64,000 bases of DNA from Candidatus Omnitrophota bacterium (GTDB lineage: Bacteria > Omnitrophota > Gorgyraeia > Gygaellales > Profunditerraquicolaceae). Below are positions 44,069-52,865 of the stretch, piece after piece. The stretch lies in the NCBI GenBank assembly GCA_043800555.1, contig JAZDMX010000017.1:4068-68067 (forward strand), in the 5' to 3' direction. Below the pieces are notes generated by a model that searched no databases, was not told the DNA's origin, and saw only the letters and a list, made by a program, of their open reading frames with translations. Both the position numbers and the translations under genes were made by a program. Numbering within the stretch: the stretch's first letter is position 1; each line of letters starts with the position of its first letter.

Positions 44069-44979
44069 TGGAAATAACTATATACGGCCAGCGCTACGCC
44101 TGATATAAATTTCTTGGCCCTGGCGGCAGTCTTGTCTTGGTGTTTAACCAATACGCAAATCAGGAAATTCCCGTTATCGGTATAGACGATTCCGACATCG
44201 TGGCAGACATATTTCTCCAGGCCCGTCTTATGCATCACAAACGTCCCGGAGGGAAGCTTCCTGGGGATCCGGTCGTTTATTTTCTGCTCCCCCAATAAAC
44301 GCAGGCATTTCAAAGAAATATCCGTATTCAGAAAATTACCATAATAGAGCTTCTCCAGCATAAACGCCATATCGCCGGCCGTTGTGTAATTCTCTTTCCC
44401 TTCTCTTCGCTCGGAAAAATCCATCATCTTGCGGACGATGTTAGTGTCCTTTAGCCCTATCCTCTTAAAATAGGAATTTAATGCGTCGAATCCTAAATAA
44501 TCTATAAGCACGTTGGCCGCGGCATTATCGCTTTGCGTAATCATAGGTTCGAATAACTCTTCTACCGTAAAGGCCGCGCCAACCGGTTCTGCCCCTAAAA
44601 CCCTTGACCCGGAGACTATGTCGGAAGGCTTGATACGGATGGTATCTTGTAAACTGATTTTCTTGTCCTGATCGGCATAAAAACATGCAAGCATAATAGG
44701 GAGCTTAACCAGGCTTGCGGAAGGAACCGGCGCATCCTTGTTAAAAGCGATTTCCCAGCCTTTATCCAGGTCCTTAACCACTAACCCGACTCTCCCCTTA
44801 AAGCCATTCACCTTATTTGCCAGGGCCTCCTTTAAACGCAGCCAATCCTCTCTCCTCTTCTCCAGGATGGCCTGCTGCTTTCTATAATCCTTATATTTTA
44901 TTATTATTTTGGGGGAAAGGAATACGGTTAGCGCAAAGGCTACAAATAAAATTATAGAGTAAATGGTTTTTTTATTCAT
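44065..44979 (-). CDS. Class A beta-lactamase-like / penicillin-binding serine hydrolase.
   Basis: SxxK motif (SASLVK), SDN motif (QSDNAAAN) and KTG motif (HKTG). N-terminal signal/TM segment. Start chosen at MNKKTIYSIILF. Confidence 0.6.
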   Translation of the reverse strand: MNKKTIYSIILFVAFALTVFLSPKIIIKYKDYRKQQAILEKRREDWLRLKEALANKVNGFKGRVGLVVKDLDKGWEIAFNKDAPVPSASLVKLPIMLACFYADQDKKISLQDTIRIKPSDIVSGSRVLGAEPVGAAFTVEELFEPMITQSDNAAANVLIDYLGFDALNSYFKRIGLKDTNIVRKMMDFSERREGKENYTTAGDMAFMLEKLYYGNFLNTDISLKCLRLLGEQKINDRIPRKLPSGTFVMHKTGLEKYVCHDVGIVYTDNGNFLICVLVKHQDKTAARAKKFISGVALAVYSYFQ

Positions 44980-45223
44980 TTTGGCGGTTAAACGCTTCGA
45001 GGTTAAATACAGCAGAAAAGCGGAGTTGTTAAAAACTCCGCTTTTATATGGCGCCCTTAGCCTAAAAAACGCCAAACTTATACCTGCCAACAATTCGGCT
45101 CAGTTTACCGCCTAGGATTAACGCCCAGGCGTAGCCGGAGCATAAAACATTTTCCATTTAGATTACTACAACCATAACCATAAGTCAACGAAATCTTAAG
45201 GCGGATAGCGCCTTAAGGCTCCT

Positions 45224-45676
45224 TTACCAGCTTAATATTTTAAGCTTCAGCCCGTTCTGATCCGGATTGTTTACCTTATATTCGGGGGCCATCAAAGGCT
45301 TATCATAAGGGGGAAACCCGCAGGTAGCAACATCCACTATTCCCGCGGCCTCCCGCTTAACCCCCGTAACCAACCCTTTGCCTAAGCCGATGGTCAAGCC
45401 GAGAAAAAGATTGCTATCCTGAGTTTCCTCGCTAATGCCCCTTGGGATATCTACCCAGGCTGATACCGCGTTAAGGGTGCCGTCTCCGGCCTTACTAACC
45501 GGAGAATTGGCGTAAGCATCCTGATCGTTATTAAGCGAATCTAAGAATGTGGAGGTTCCGGCGTTTATGTTAATCGGCGGCGCGGTATAAACAATCGGCA
45601 CCTCTAGGGCTTGCGCCCAGGCGCAGAAAACCAAACTTAAGAAAATTAACATGGCTATCAAGGCTGTATTTTTCAT
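45224..45676 (-). CDS. Hypothetical secreted protein.
   Basis: MKNTALIAMLIFLSLVFCAWAQA signal peptide. No recognisable family. Confidence 0.4.
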   Translation of the reverse strand: MKNTALIAMLIFLSLVFCAWAQALEVPIVYTAPPININAGTSTFLDSLNNDQDAYANSPVSKAGDGTLNAVSAWVDIPRGISEETQDSNLFLGLTIGLGKGLVTGVKREAAGIVDVATCGFPPYDKPLMAPEYKVNNPDQNGLKLKILSW

Positions 45677-45715
45677 CTCGTCCTCCTTTTTCCGCCAATT
45701 TGACGATATGCCCCC

Positions 45716-45754
45716 ATAAAACAAAAAAGCCCTTAAAAAGGCTTAAGGGCTTAT
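45716..45754 (-). terminator. Intrinsic terminator hairpin on the minus strand, about 40 nt upstream of the 45676 gene start.
   Basis: AAGCCCTTAAgcctttTTAAGGGCTTTTTTGTTTT when read on the minus strand. Confidence 0.5.
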
Positions 45755-45982
45755 AGAATTCTTCCCTCTTTGGTAACGCAGCCTCTCCGTTATTAAACGG
45801 AGACTGTCGCTTTGCGTCCCAAGGTTACCCTTGGTTTGCCTTTATCAGTAGGTGCTCAAAATGTCAAACGCCCGGCTTAAACCGCAATAGGCATTAAAAC
45901 CAAGCCGGTACATCAAACTCCTTGCTTCATAATGAAGTATAACATATTTCTTGCTAATTTGCCAAGACCAAACGGAATAAAA

Positions 45983-46003
45983 AGGAACGGTTCTACTTTC
46001 CTG
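45983..46003. repeat. Degenerate single-arm remnant of a REP-like element.
   Basis: GGAACGGTTCTACTTTCC compared with GGGGACGTTTCTACTTTTC. No matching right arm is present. Confidence 0.3.
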
Positions 46004-46237
46004 CCTTGGGGGGCTTCCCCTATTTGCTTACCTGTTCTTTATCGCATAATACCCTTGCAGCTTGTTGGCAAAACCTTGACTGCCCGTGCATAAAAAATAT
46101 AAGCGTTCTCTTTATTGATAACTCCGGTAATTACGCCTAAATACAGCAAGAAAGAGAGGTTGCGAAAACCTCTCTTTCTTAGATGGTGCCGATGGTTCGG
46201 CTGCGCTCACCATTCGGGAAAACCACTTAAAATTAAA

Positions 46238-46309
46238 TGCCGAGAGAGAGAATCGGACTCCCCACGCCGGCCTTTTCAGGGCCGCGCTCTACCACTGAGC
46301 TATCTCGGC
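46238..46309 (-). tRNA. tRNA-Phe (anticodon GAA).
   Basis: The reverse complement reads GCCGAGATAGCTCAGTGGTAGAGCGCGGCCCTGAAAAGGCCGGCGTGGGGAGTCCGATTCTCTCTCTCGGCA. The T-loop is slightly atypical. Confidence 0.7.
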
Positions 46310-46498
46310 GGAAATTAAGCTATTTAACCTTTTTACCATAAATAGCGGAAAAATCAAGCAGATTAAGCAAAAGGCCGCCCCGAAAACAAGGCTTGCCTCA
46401 ATTAACCTTTTTCTTGGAAAGAATCCGGATAAAGCAAAATATAAGAATGCCGATAATCAAACCCCAGGAAGTAGCCAAAAATAACCATCCGGTTACGC

Positions 46499-48064
46499 TC
46501 ATATTATCCTTTGCGCCTTTTTGCCCTTGTTTCTCCAGGCGATCTTGACCAGCGCCGCTAAAATCAGGAATAACGCGAACAGCCCGATCCGGGTTGCCAG
46601 TATAAACGGCTGATTTATCGCGGGGACATTCTTCATAAAGATAACCGGCAGCCACTCCTGCGCAAACCACATCCCGAAGATAATAAAGAGAAAGGCCGGA
46701 GTAATATATTTAATTATAAACTTGTAGGCTTTAGGCACCCGCATATCCGCGCCTTTGTGTATCTGGCTCCAAGCTTCATCCATGCCGAAAACCCAGGCAA
46801 ATAATATTACCTCTATCGTGGCAAAGAGAACCAAAAAGAATGTCCCGCCCCAGAAATCCAGCTCATCCACGACCCCCCGGCCAAGGAAAAATATCACCGG
46901 CTGGCAAAGCAAGAATGAAACCGCCCCCAATATGGACACCGCCTTCTTGCGGTTGATGCCAAACTCGTCTTCCAGAAAAGCCACAGCCGGCTGAGCCAGG
47001 GAAATTGACGATGTAATTCCCGCTAAAAACAAAAGGAAAAACCATAAGAAACCCAATATATTTGAAAACGGCATCTTGTTAAGTATCAGCGGCATCGTCA
47101 CGAAACCAAGATTAAAAACTCCGGAGCGGGCAATATCGCCTATTTGCGTTGGCCCGAAGAATACAAATGCCGCGGTAATTACAATGCTTCCGCCGATAAT
47201 CACTTCTGCGAATTCATTCATCATAGAAGCAGTCAGCCCGGAAAGGACCACGTCATCCCCCTTCTTCAAATAACTGGCGTAGGTAAGGATTACGCCGATA
47301 CCGACGCTAAGGGTAAAGAAAATCTGGCCGGCTGCATCCAGCCAGATTTTAGCGGATTTTAAGGCGCTAAAATCGGGGTTCCAGAGAAACCCCATTCCAT
47401 TAGTTACGCTCCAGGCCGGATGAAGAGAGCTGGGGGCCCCCAGCGTCAATACGCGCGCCATCAGCACAAAACCGAAAATAAGAAGCGTGCCCAGGGCCCA
47501 TTTGCATATCTTCTCAATTCCACCGCGGATGCCAAAATAAATTACCCAGATATTAACCGTAAAAGCAATTAAGAAGAATACGTACGCCGGGGCCAGGCCC
47601 TGAAAATAGGAATTGTGTTCCAGGCCCTGGAAACCCCTCAAGAAAGACTGCATATCTGCTTGAGTGGCAACAGCGCTATATTTGCCCAAGAGCGCGAAAA
47701 AACTGTAAGCCAACGCCCAGCATTCGATGTAGCTGTAATATATAAAAATAACCAGCGGCCCAAAAATCCCGATTACCCCAAAGTATTTAATAAACTTGTT
47801 CTTCCTCCATAGGCTATGGAATATACCCGGGGCTGTCCCGTGCTCAAAGCCGCCGCCGTAACGGCCAAGCGTCCACTCAACCCACATCAAAGGTATGCCT
47901 AATAAGAAAAGGGAGACAAAATAAGGGATCATAAAGGCCCCGCCGCCATTGGAAGCCGCCTTAGCCGGGAACCTTAAGAAATTCCCCAGGCCTACGGCTG
48001 AACCGGCGACTGCCATGATGATGCCTAAACGCGACCCCCAACTCTCTCTAGCCTTAGCCATCAA
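46499..48064 (-). CDS. Neurotransmitter:sodium symporter (NSS/SNF) family transporter.
   Basis: GSAVGLGNFLRFP N-terminal NSS motif and about 12 TM segments. Confidence 0.85.
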   Translation of the reverse strand: MMAKARESWGSRLGIIMAVAGSAVGLGNFLRFPAKAASNGGGAFMIPYFVSLFLLGIPLMWVEWTLGRYGGGFEHGTAPGIFHSLWRKNKFIKYFGVIGIFGPLVIFIYYSYIECWALAYSFFALLGKYSAVATQADMQSFLRGFQGLEHNSYFQGLAPAYVFFLIAFTVNIWVIYFGIRGGIEKICKWALGTLLIFGFVLMARVLTLGAPSSLHPAWSVTNGMGFLWNPDFSALKSAKIWLDAAGQIFFTLSVGIGVILTYASYLKKGDDVVLSGLTASMMNEFAEVIIGGSIVITAAFVFFGPTQIGDIARSGVFNLGFVTMPLILNKMPFSNILGFLWFFLLFLAGITSSISLAQPAVAFLEDEFGINRKKAVSILGAVSFLLCQPVIFFLGRGVVDELDFWGGTFFLVLFATIEVILFAWVFGMDEAWSQIHKGADMRVPKAYKFIIKYITPAFLFIIFGMWFAQEWLPVIFMKNVPAINQPFILATRIGLFALFLILAALVKIAWRNKGKKAQRII

Positions 48065-48536
48065 GGAACCATCTTTCTAGTTTTCTCAGGGTTTTAGAAA
48101 CCTGCGGGCTCAATTTGTCCCCAAACACCAATACTTCGGGCTGGATAGCCAGAATGATTATATCCGTATTTTTCAAACTGTTTTTCAAATAATTAATCGA
48201 TAAATTTATCGAAGCATCGTGGGTTGAGAAAAAATTGACCGTCTGGAGATCTTGCGCTTCTAAAACCCGGAATTCACCGGACTCCCCCCCAAAATCAACG
48301 GCATCGATAAGTAAAATAGTATCGGGGTTATCTCCGATAACCTTACCTAAGAAGTTTTCGGGGGCTAAGCCCGTGTCGTAGACTATGCCAGCGACTTTAT
48401 CCTGAATACGGCTGGCTAGTATTGAACCTACGCCGTCGTCACTACGCAAAGTATTGCCGATGCCTAAGATTACGGATTTACCGGATAAGCGCAACTTAAG
48501 ATTGCCAAGGATATCGAGGCTAAAATTTTTTTCCAT
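48054..48536 (-). CDS. [NiFe]-hydrogenase maturation endopeptidase (HycI/HybD family).
   Basis: LGIGNTLRSDDGVG signature motif. Start chosen at MEKNFSL. Confidence 0.7.
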   Translation of the reverse strand: MEKNFSLDILGNLKLRLSGKSVILGIGNTLRSDDGVGSILASRIQDKVAGIVYDTGLAPENFLGKVIGDNPDTILLIDAVDFGGESGEFRVLEAQDLQTVNFFSTHDASINLSINYLKNSLKNTDIIILAIQPEVLVFGDKLSPQVSKTLRKLERWFLDG

Positions 48537-48834
48537 GCCTGTAAGGACGGCCTTTATTATATTCCATTTTCTTAGACAAGGCTTTCTCCAAATCAATTTT
48601 CCTTGCCCCGCAATAGTCAAAGATGCGAATGCAGCAATCCGCCAGTTCCTCGGCCAGTTCTTCTTTCCTGCCGTGGTTACGCATCGCCTCAAGCGCCTCG
48701 GATAATTCGGAATGCATCAGGGCGATGAGCTCTCCGTCATTACGCTCATCCTCCCACCATCCCTTGGATTTAGCTATACGGTTACATTCCTTTATGAGAT
48801 CACTTATGCTTTGTTTTGATTTTAACCGCATCAA
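48520..48834 (-). CDS. MazG-like all-alpha nucleotide pyrophosphohydrolase domain protein.
   Basis: ELIALMHSELSEALEAMR and EELADCCIRIFDYC, EExxE-type metal-binding helices. Confidence 0.4.
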   Translation of the reverse strand: MMRLKSKQSISDLIKECNRIAKSKGWWEDERNDGELIALMHSELSEALEAMRNHGRKEELAEELADCCIRIFDYCGARKIDLEKALSKKMEYNKGRPYRHGKKF

Positions 48835-49291
48835 GCTGTCCTTTCTCTGCCGGTTTTATTACGCCCGTAATTAAAGCGTCAAAAACGGTACCGGATATTT
48901 TCTCTTTCCCGTAAGTGCTGGGGCTGGAAACCTCTATAAGCGTCTCCCTTTTATTCAGCTGCGTAAAGAATAGCCCCACCGGAGTAGTATCTTCTTCGGA
49001 GACATATACCGCGATCATATCTTTACGCAAATCATCGGCGTAAATATAAGAACCGGTATCTTTTAATATTGACCTGACTTTATTATGGCAGGTAATCAAA
49101 TCAAGGTTAAATTCTTTCTTTATGGCATCTTTCCTGCCATCCTCCAGGACTTTTGTCGAAACTCCCAGAAAACCCCGGTAAGCTTCTTTGGGGCTTACGC
49201 AACCGGAAAGCAAGACCGCTAGAGGCAAAAAAACATATAATAGTATGCAATATTTAGCATACCGGAAACGCTGTTTATCAAATTTTATCAT
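48800..49291 (-). CDS. Lipoprotein of unknown function.
   Basis: LAVLLSGC lipobox. Confidence 0.4.
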   Translation of the reverse strand: MIKFDKQRFRYAKYCILLYVFLPLAVLLSGCVSPKEAYRGFLGVSTKVLEDGRKDAIKKEFNLDLITCHNKVRSILKDTGSYIYADDLRKDMIAVYVSEEDTTPVGLFFTQLNKRETLIEVSSPSTYGKEKISGTVFDALITGVIKPAEKGQLDAVKIKTKHK

Positions 49292-49300
49292 AATCCCTCC

Positions 49301-51316
49301 TCATTCATTTACCAGTTGCTTTATTTTATCCAGATTCTTGCGCGCTTCTATCTCTCCCCTTTCGGCGAATTCAGATGCCCTGTGCAATTCAAGCCAGTAC
49401 ATTCCGGAGGTATCCGGATGCAAAACTATATCCGCCAATAAACCTTCCCTTTGGGCCACTTCAGATTGCAATATTTCAACACTACTGAAAATAATGTCAA
49501 GTATATTTGTCTTGCAAATATCCCGGAAGTACCTCCCCAAATCAAACCATGACTTTTTTTTGATAACCTCTGATATGTCGGTCTTTAAATTTGCCTTGAT
49601 TTTCTCATACTGGTTTAACACATCCTGCCGCGAAGGCGTAACATTAACCGCGATAATTTTCTTTACCCCCATCTTAAAAAGCGGTTCAGTCGGCAAAGGG
49701 TTGATTATCCCGCCGTCGAAAAGCAGCTCTTCTTTGAACTTAAAAGGGGCGAAGACCCCCGGCATAGCGCAGCTGGCCATAATCGCATCCTTTAATAAGC
49801 CTTTATCCAAAACGCGCGGCTCCTTTCTTTTTACGTCGCTGGCCATAATCTTCAAAGGAAGGCGGGTATCGTAAAATGTTTTATCTCCCAGGCATTTATC
49901 CAGGAATTTATACAATTTGTTCCCTTTGATAAAACCTAAGTGCGGGATAGTCAGGTCAATCAGGCCCCAGATGTGTTTCGGCTCCTTAAAATCCCTGGTA
50001 ATCTCTAAAATCTCGGAGCTTGACTTTCCTATCGCCCAAAGGCTGGCAATGAGGGCGCCCATACTGGAGCCGACAATGATATCTACCGGGATATTTTCTC
50101 TTTCGATTACCCTCAATACTCCCACATGGCAAAATCCGTAGGCTACGCCAACCCCCAAAACCAGCCCTACCATGCTTTCGCTGACATAACGCGAGATGCG
50201 CCTGACTGCTTTGGCATATTCGCTCTCCGGCTTATTCAAAACCAGCATATCGGTTATGCCGGGTTCAATTTTAGGCAAGGTGGCAAATATTTTTCCCCCC
50301 AGGATCTGCTCCTGTCCGGCAGGCATAATCTCGGTCAGCTTATAGCCGTTAATGATGATTTTTATCTTCTCTTGCTGGAAATTAAATTCACTTTTAAGCT
50401 CCTGCGTAAGCGCGCGAGTCTTCTTCAGCTCATTTTCTTCCGGGCCGGTTAGAAGATGGATAAAATCAGATTGATTAAGAATGCTAAAAATATTTTTATC
50501 CAATAAGGAGGGCAAATCGAGGATTATAAAATGATAGCTGTTCACCAGTTCGCTCAAAAAACCCAACAGGCGCCTCACGCAAAGATCATCCTGCGGGCTG
50601 TAATAGAAACAAATAAGGTCTACGCCAAACCCGCTCTTTAAAATGTAGTCTTTGGCCAAAGATGGGTTTTCCGGCGCGCTTTGGCAAAGATCAAAAACCT
50701 TTTCTTTTTCCAGACCAAGCCTGCGGGGAAGGCTGTGCTTTTCATCGGTTGAAAGGATATCCAGGATAATCACGGATTTAGGCGTTTCCTTCTTCAGGCT
50801 CAGGCTTAAGTTTAAGGCATAAATTGTCTTTCCGGCCTTGGAATACGAACTAAAAACCGAAATAACCGTGCTTTCGAATATTGACTTCTGGGCAATGTCT
50901 TTACGCCTTAACCTCCTTGAAAGCATCCGGCTTAAATCGATCGCAAGGCGCGGAATCTTATTAATCACCAAATCAAAATCTTCTTTATTCACCACCAAAA
51001 TCACGCAGTCATTAGTCGCCTGGGCGGTTACCGAATGAGGCTCGCCTGTTAATAAAGAGATAACGCCAAAATATTTTCCCCGGTGCAAATACTCAAGCAC
51101 TTTCCGGTTCCCCTGGATATCCCGGCTATAAACTACGGCCCTGCCCAGGGCAAGGCAGTAAAAACCGCTCTTATCCGAGCCTTCCTTATAGATAATATCC
51201 CCCTTCTTAAAAGAAAGAAGGGACGAATGCTTCTTGATTATATTGCGCTCTCTCGAGGAGAGATCAGAAAATAGAGGGAACTCCCGGATTATTAAATCTT
51301 TTTCGATAGTGTCCAT
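49301..51316 (-). CDS. NTE-like protein with an N-terminal cyclic-nucleotide-binding domain, a central P-loop-like region, and a C-terminal patatin-like phospholipase.
   Basis: cNMP-binding fold (FKKGDIIYKEGS...YFGVISLL). KAGKT P-loop-like motif. Patatin motifs GVGVAYGF, GSSMGA (GxSxG) and DGG. Confidence 0.7.
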   Translation of the reverse strand: MDTIEKDLIIREFPLFSDLSSRERNIIKKHSSLLSFKKGDIIYKEGSDKSGFYCLALGRAVVYSRDIQGNRKVLEYLHRGKYFGVISLLTGEPHSVTAQATNDCVILVVNKEDFDLVINKIPRLAIDLSRMLSRRLRRKDIAQKSIFESTVISVFSSYSKAGKTIYALNLSLSLKKETPKSVIILDILSTDEKHSLPRRLGLEKEKVFDLCQSAPENPSLAKDYILKSGFGVDLICFYYSPQDDLCVRRLLGFLSELVNSYHFIILDLPSLLDKNIFSILNQSDFIHLLTGPEENELKKTRALTQELKSEFNFQQEKIKIIINGYKLTEIMPAGQEQILGGKIFATLPKIEPGITDMLVLNKPESEYAKAVRRISRYVSESMVGLVLGVGVAYGFCHVGVLRVIERENIPVDIIVGSSMGALIASLWAIGKSSSEILEITRDFKEPKHIWGLIDLTIPHLGFIKGNKLYKFLDKCLGDKTFYDTRLPLKIMASDVKRKEPRVLDKGLLKDAIMASCAMPGVFAPFKFKEELLFDGGIINPLPTEPLFKMGVKKIIAVNVTPSRQDVLNQYEKIKANLKTDISEVIKKKSWFDLGRYFRDICKTNILDIIFSSVEILQSEVAQREGLLADIVLHPDTSGMYWLELHRASEFAERGEIEARKNLDKIKQLVNE

Positions 51317-51319
51317 AGC

Positions 51320-52069
51320 TTACAATTTGCCGTATTTACAGACTTCGGAGAATTTACGCGCGCTTTCCCTGACCGTGCGCTTATAATTATCATAATCAAC
51401 CTCGATAAGCCCGAAACGCGGGCCAAATCCTTTATCCCACTCGTAATTATCGAGCAAAGACCAATACAGGTAACCCATAACCTCAACGCCGCTATCAATC
51501 GCCTTTTTTACGCTCTTAAGGTGCTCGGATATATAATCCCACCTCAAGGCGTCATTATCGGTGCAAATACCGTTCTCCAAAATGAAAACCGGCAGGCCAT
51601 ATTTTTTCAAACCTACCAACAGATCGTAGAGCCCCTGCGGATAGATATCCCAACCCATTGAATTCTTCCTTAAACGCCGGTGGTTCTTTTTACAGACATC
51701 CGAGGCAAAATTGTTTATTCCCCAGCCTTCCAGCTCTACCCAGCTTGGGCTATAATAATTCATCCCGATAAAATCAAGCGCGCGCTCCGCAGCCAGCCTT
51801 TCGATGAACCCAATATTGTAATGTTTATGCCTTAGGTAGGCGGCAAATTTATTCCTTAAAGTAGCTACGCAAGGGACAAATGCCTGCATATTCTGGGCAA
51901 TGCTTATTTTAGGGTATTCCAAGCCATTGTCCTTATAGATACTCCGGATTAAATGATAAGCCCTGATGTGGGCGTCAAGTAAGTTACCGGTCACCTGCCT
52001 TGCGTGCAACAAAGACTTGTCTTGAGGAGGCCAAGTGCCCAAAAGATAAGAAAAATAAGCATAAACCAT
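51320..52069 (-). CDS. GH1 beta-glucosidase C-terminal fragment (frameshifted gene).
   Basis: FILENG (nucleophile Glu) and NYEW motifs. Confidence 0.7.
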   Translation of the reverse strand: MVYAYFSYLLGTWPPQDKSLLHARQVTGNLLDAHIRAYHLIRSIYKDNGLEYPKISIAQNMQAFVPCVATLRNKFAAYLRHKHYNIGFIERLAAERALDFIGMNYYSPSWVELEGWGINNFASDVCKKNHRRLRKNSMGWDIYPQGLYDLLVGLKKYGLPVFILENGICTDNDALRWDYISEHLKSVKKAIDSGVEVMGYLYWSLLDNYEWDKGFGPRFGLIEVDYDNYKRTVRESARKFSEVCKYGKL

Positions 52070-52083
52070 CGGTTCGTTTATGG

Positions 52084-52611
52084 TTACCCAAAAGGAACAT
52101 CCGGGGCAAGCAGAGTGACGATTTGCTCGACATAACGCAGGAAGAGCTTAACCGCGCCTTTATTGCGCCAAGCGCCTATCTTGGCAAACCAGATGGGGTT
52201 GGTAAAATGGTGCAGAGTGACTACCGGCACAAGCGAGCGCTCTTTTAAGGCCGCGATCACCTGCTTGTAATGTTCTAACTCTTTTGGGGAGAATTTGCCT
52301 TCTTCAGGCTCAATGCGCGCCCATTCGATTGATAAGCGGTGGCAATTATGGTTTAATTCTTTGGCAAGGCTAAAATCTTGGGCAAAAAACTCGTAGTGGC
52401 GGGCCGCTCTTCCGGAAACGTGCCTGGTGTTCAGGCGCTTCTCCCAATCCCACCAGTCGCTAAACGAATTGTCCCCCTCGACTTGATAAGCGGAAGTAGC
52501 CGCGCCCCAAAAAAAATCCTTAGGGAATTCTATCATTAAATGAACGCATAACTTACGGTTTGCCGAAGGCAAAAAGTAAGTTACTGCGCGAATTAACCCC
52601 GCAGCCGGCAA
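52084..52611 (-). CDS. GH1 beta-glucosidase N-terminal fragment (frameshifted gene).
   Basis: FFWGAATSAYQVEG and LHHFTNPIW. The fragment ends DVPFG* at an A4 run, and the TINEP motif continues in the -1 frame. Confidence 0.7.
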   Translation of the reverse strand: MPAAGLIRAVTYFLPSANRKLCVHLMIEFPKDFFWGAATSAYQVEGDNSFSDWWDWEKRLNTRHVSGRAARHYEFFAQDFSLAKELNHNCHRLSIEWARIEPEEGKFSPKELEHYKQVIAALKERSLVPVVTLHHFTNPIWFAKIGAWRNKGAVKLFLRYVEQIVTLLAPDVPFG

Positions 52612-52747
52612 TAACAGTTTGCTTAACTTTTTCTGAATGCGGGGTAAGCCCGGGCATATAAGTTGTACGCCTTATCTAAAACAATAACGCCAGGACTAGT
52701 TTATTTGCTTATTATAACATTAAAAACCAGAAAAAAAGAGCGGTTTC

Positions 52748-52835
52748 CTGAAAAAGGGGGACGTTTCTACTTTTCCTGAACTTGATGCTAGAAAAGCAGA
52801 AACGCCCCCTTTTTTTCAGGAACGTCCTTCTTTTT
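52748..52835. repeat. REP-like palindromic element, copy 16 (slightly divergent, with extended TCCTGAAAAA / TTTTTCAGGA flanks).
   Basis: GGGGGACGTTTCTACTTTTC ctgaacttgatgcta GAAAAGcAGAAACGcCCCC. Confidence 0.85.
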
Positions 52836-52865
52836 CACCTTTTTCAATAACCAAACCTCTTAAAT

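Noticed and set aside
45860-45890. The motif CAAACGCCCGGCTTAAACC resembles the conserved ACAGAA.CCGGCUUA (P4) region of bacterial RNase P RNA.
   Set aside because: No matching GGAAAGUCCGGGC 5' partner is present. The upstream ~350 nt is occupied by a minus-strand protein gene. The match is isolated, probably chance, and lies within the candidate leader region instead.
46115-46318. Plus-strand 67-aa ORF.
   Set aside because: It overlaps tRNA-Phe and its terminator hairpin. It has no Shine-Dalgarno sequence, and the sequence is low complexity.
46398-46502. A small membrane ORF tail (34 aa from MSVTGWLFLATSWGLIIGIL...) downstream of the NSS transporter, possibly a small subunit.
   Set aside because: Only 34 codons are independent of the transporter ORF. 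Small subunits do exist downstream of some sodium symporters, but there is no evidence for one here. Not called.
2755-52835. Whether the recurring 20-nt arms represent a CRISPR array.
   Set aside because: Copies are inverted pairs around a short variable loop, not direct repeats with uniform unique spacers. They are scattered across 50 kb next to gene ends and inside genes, and no cas genes are present.
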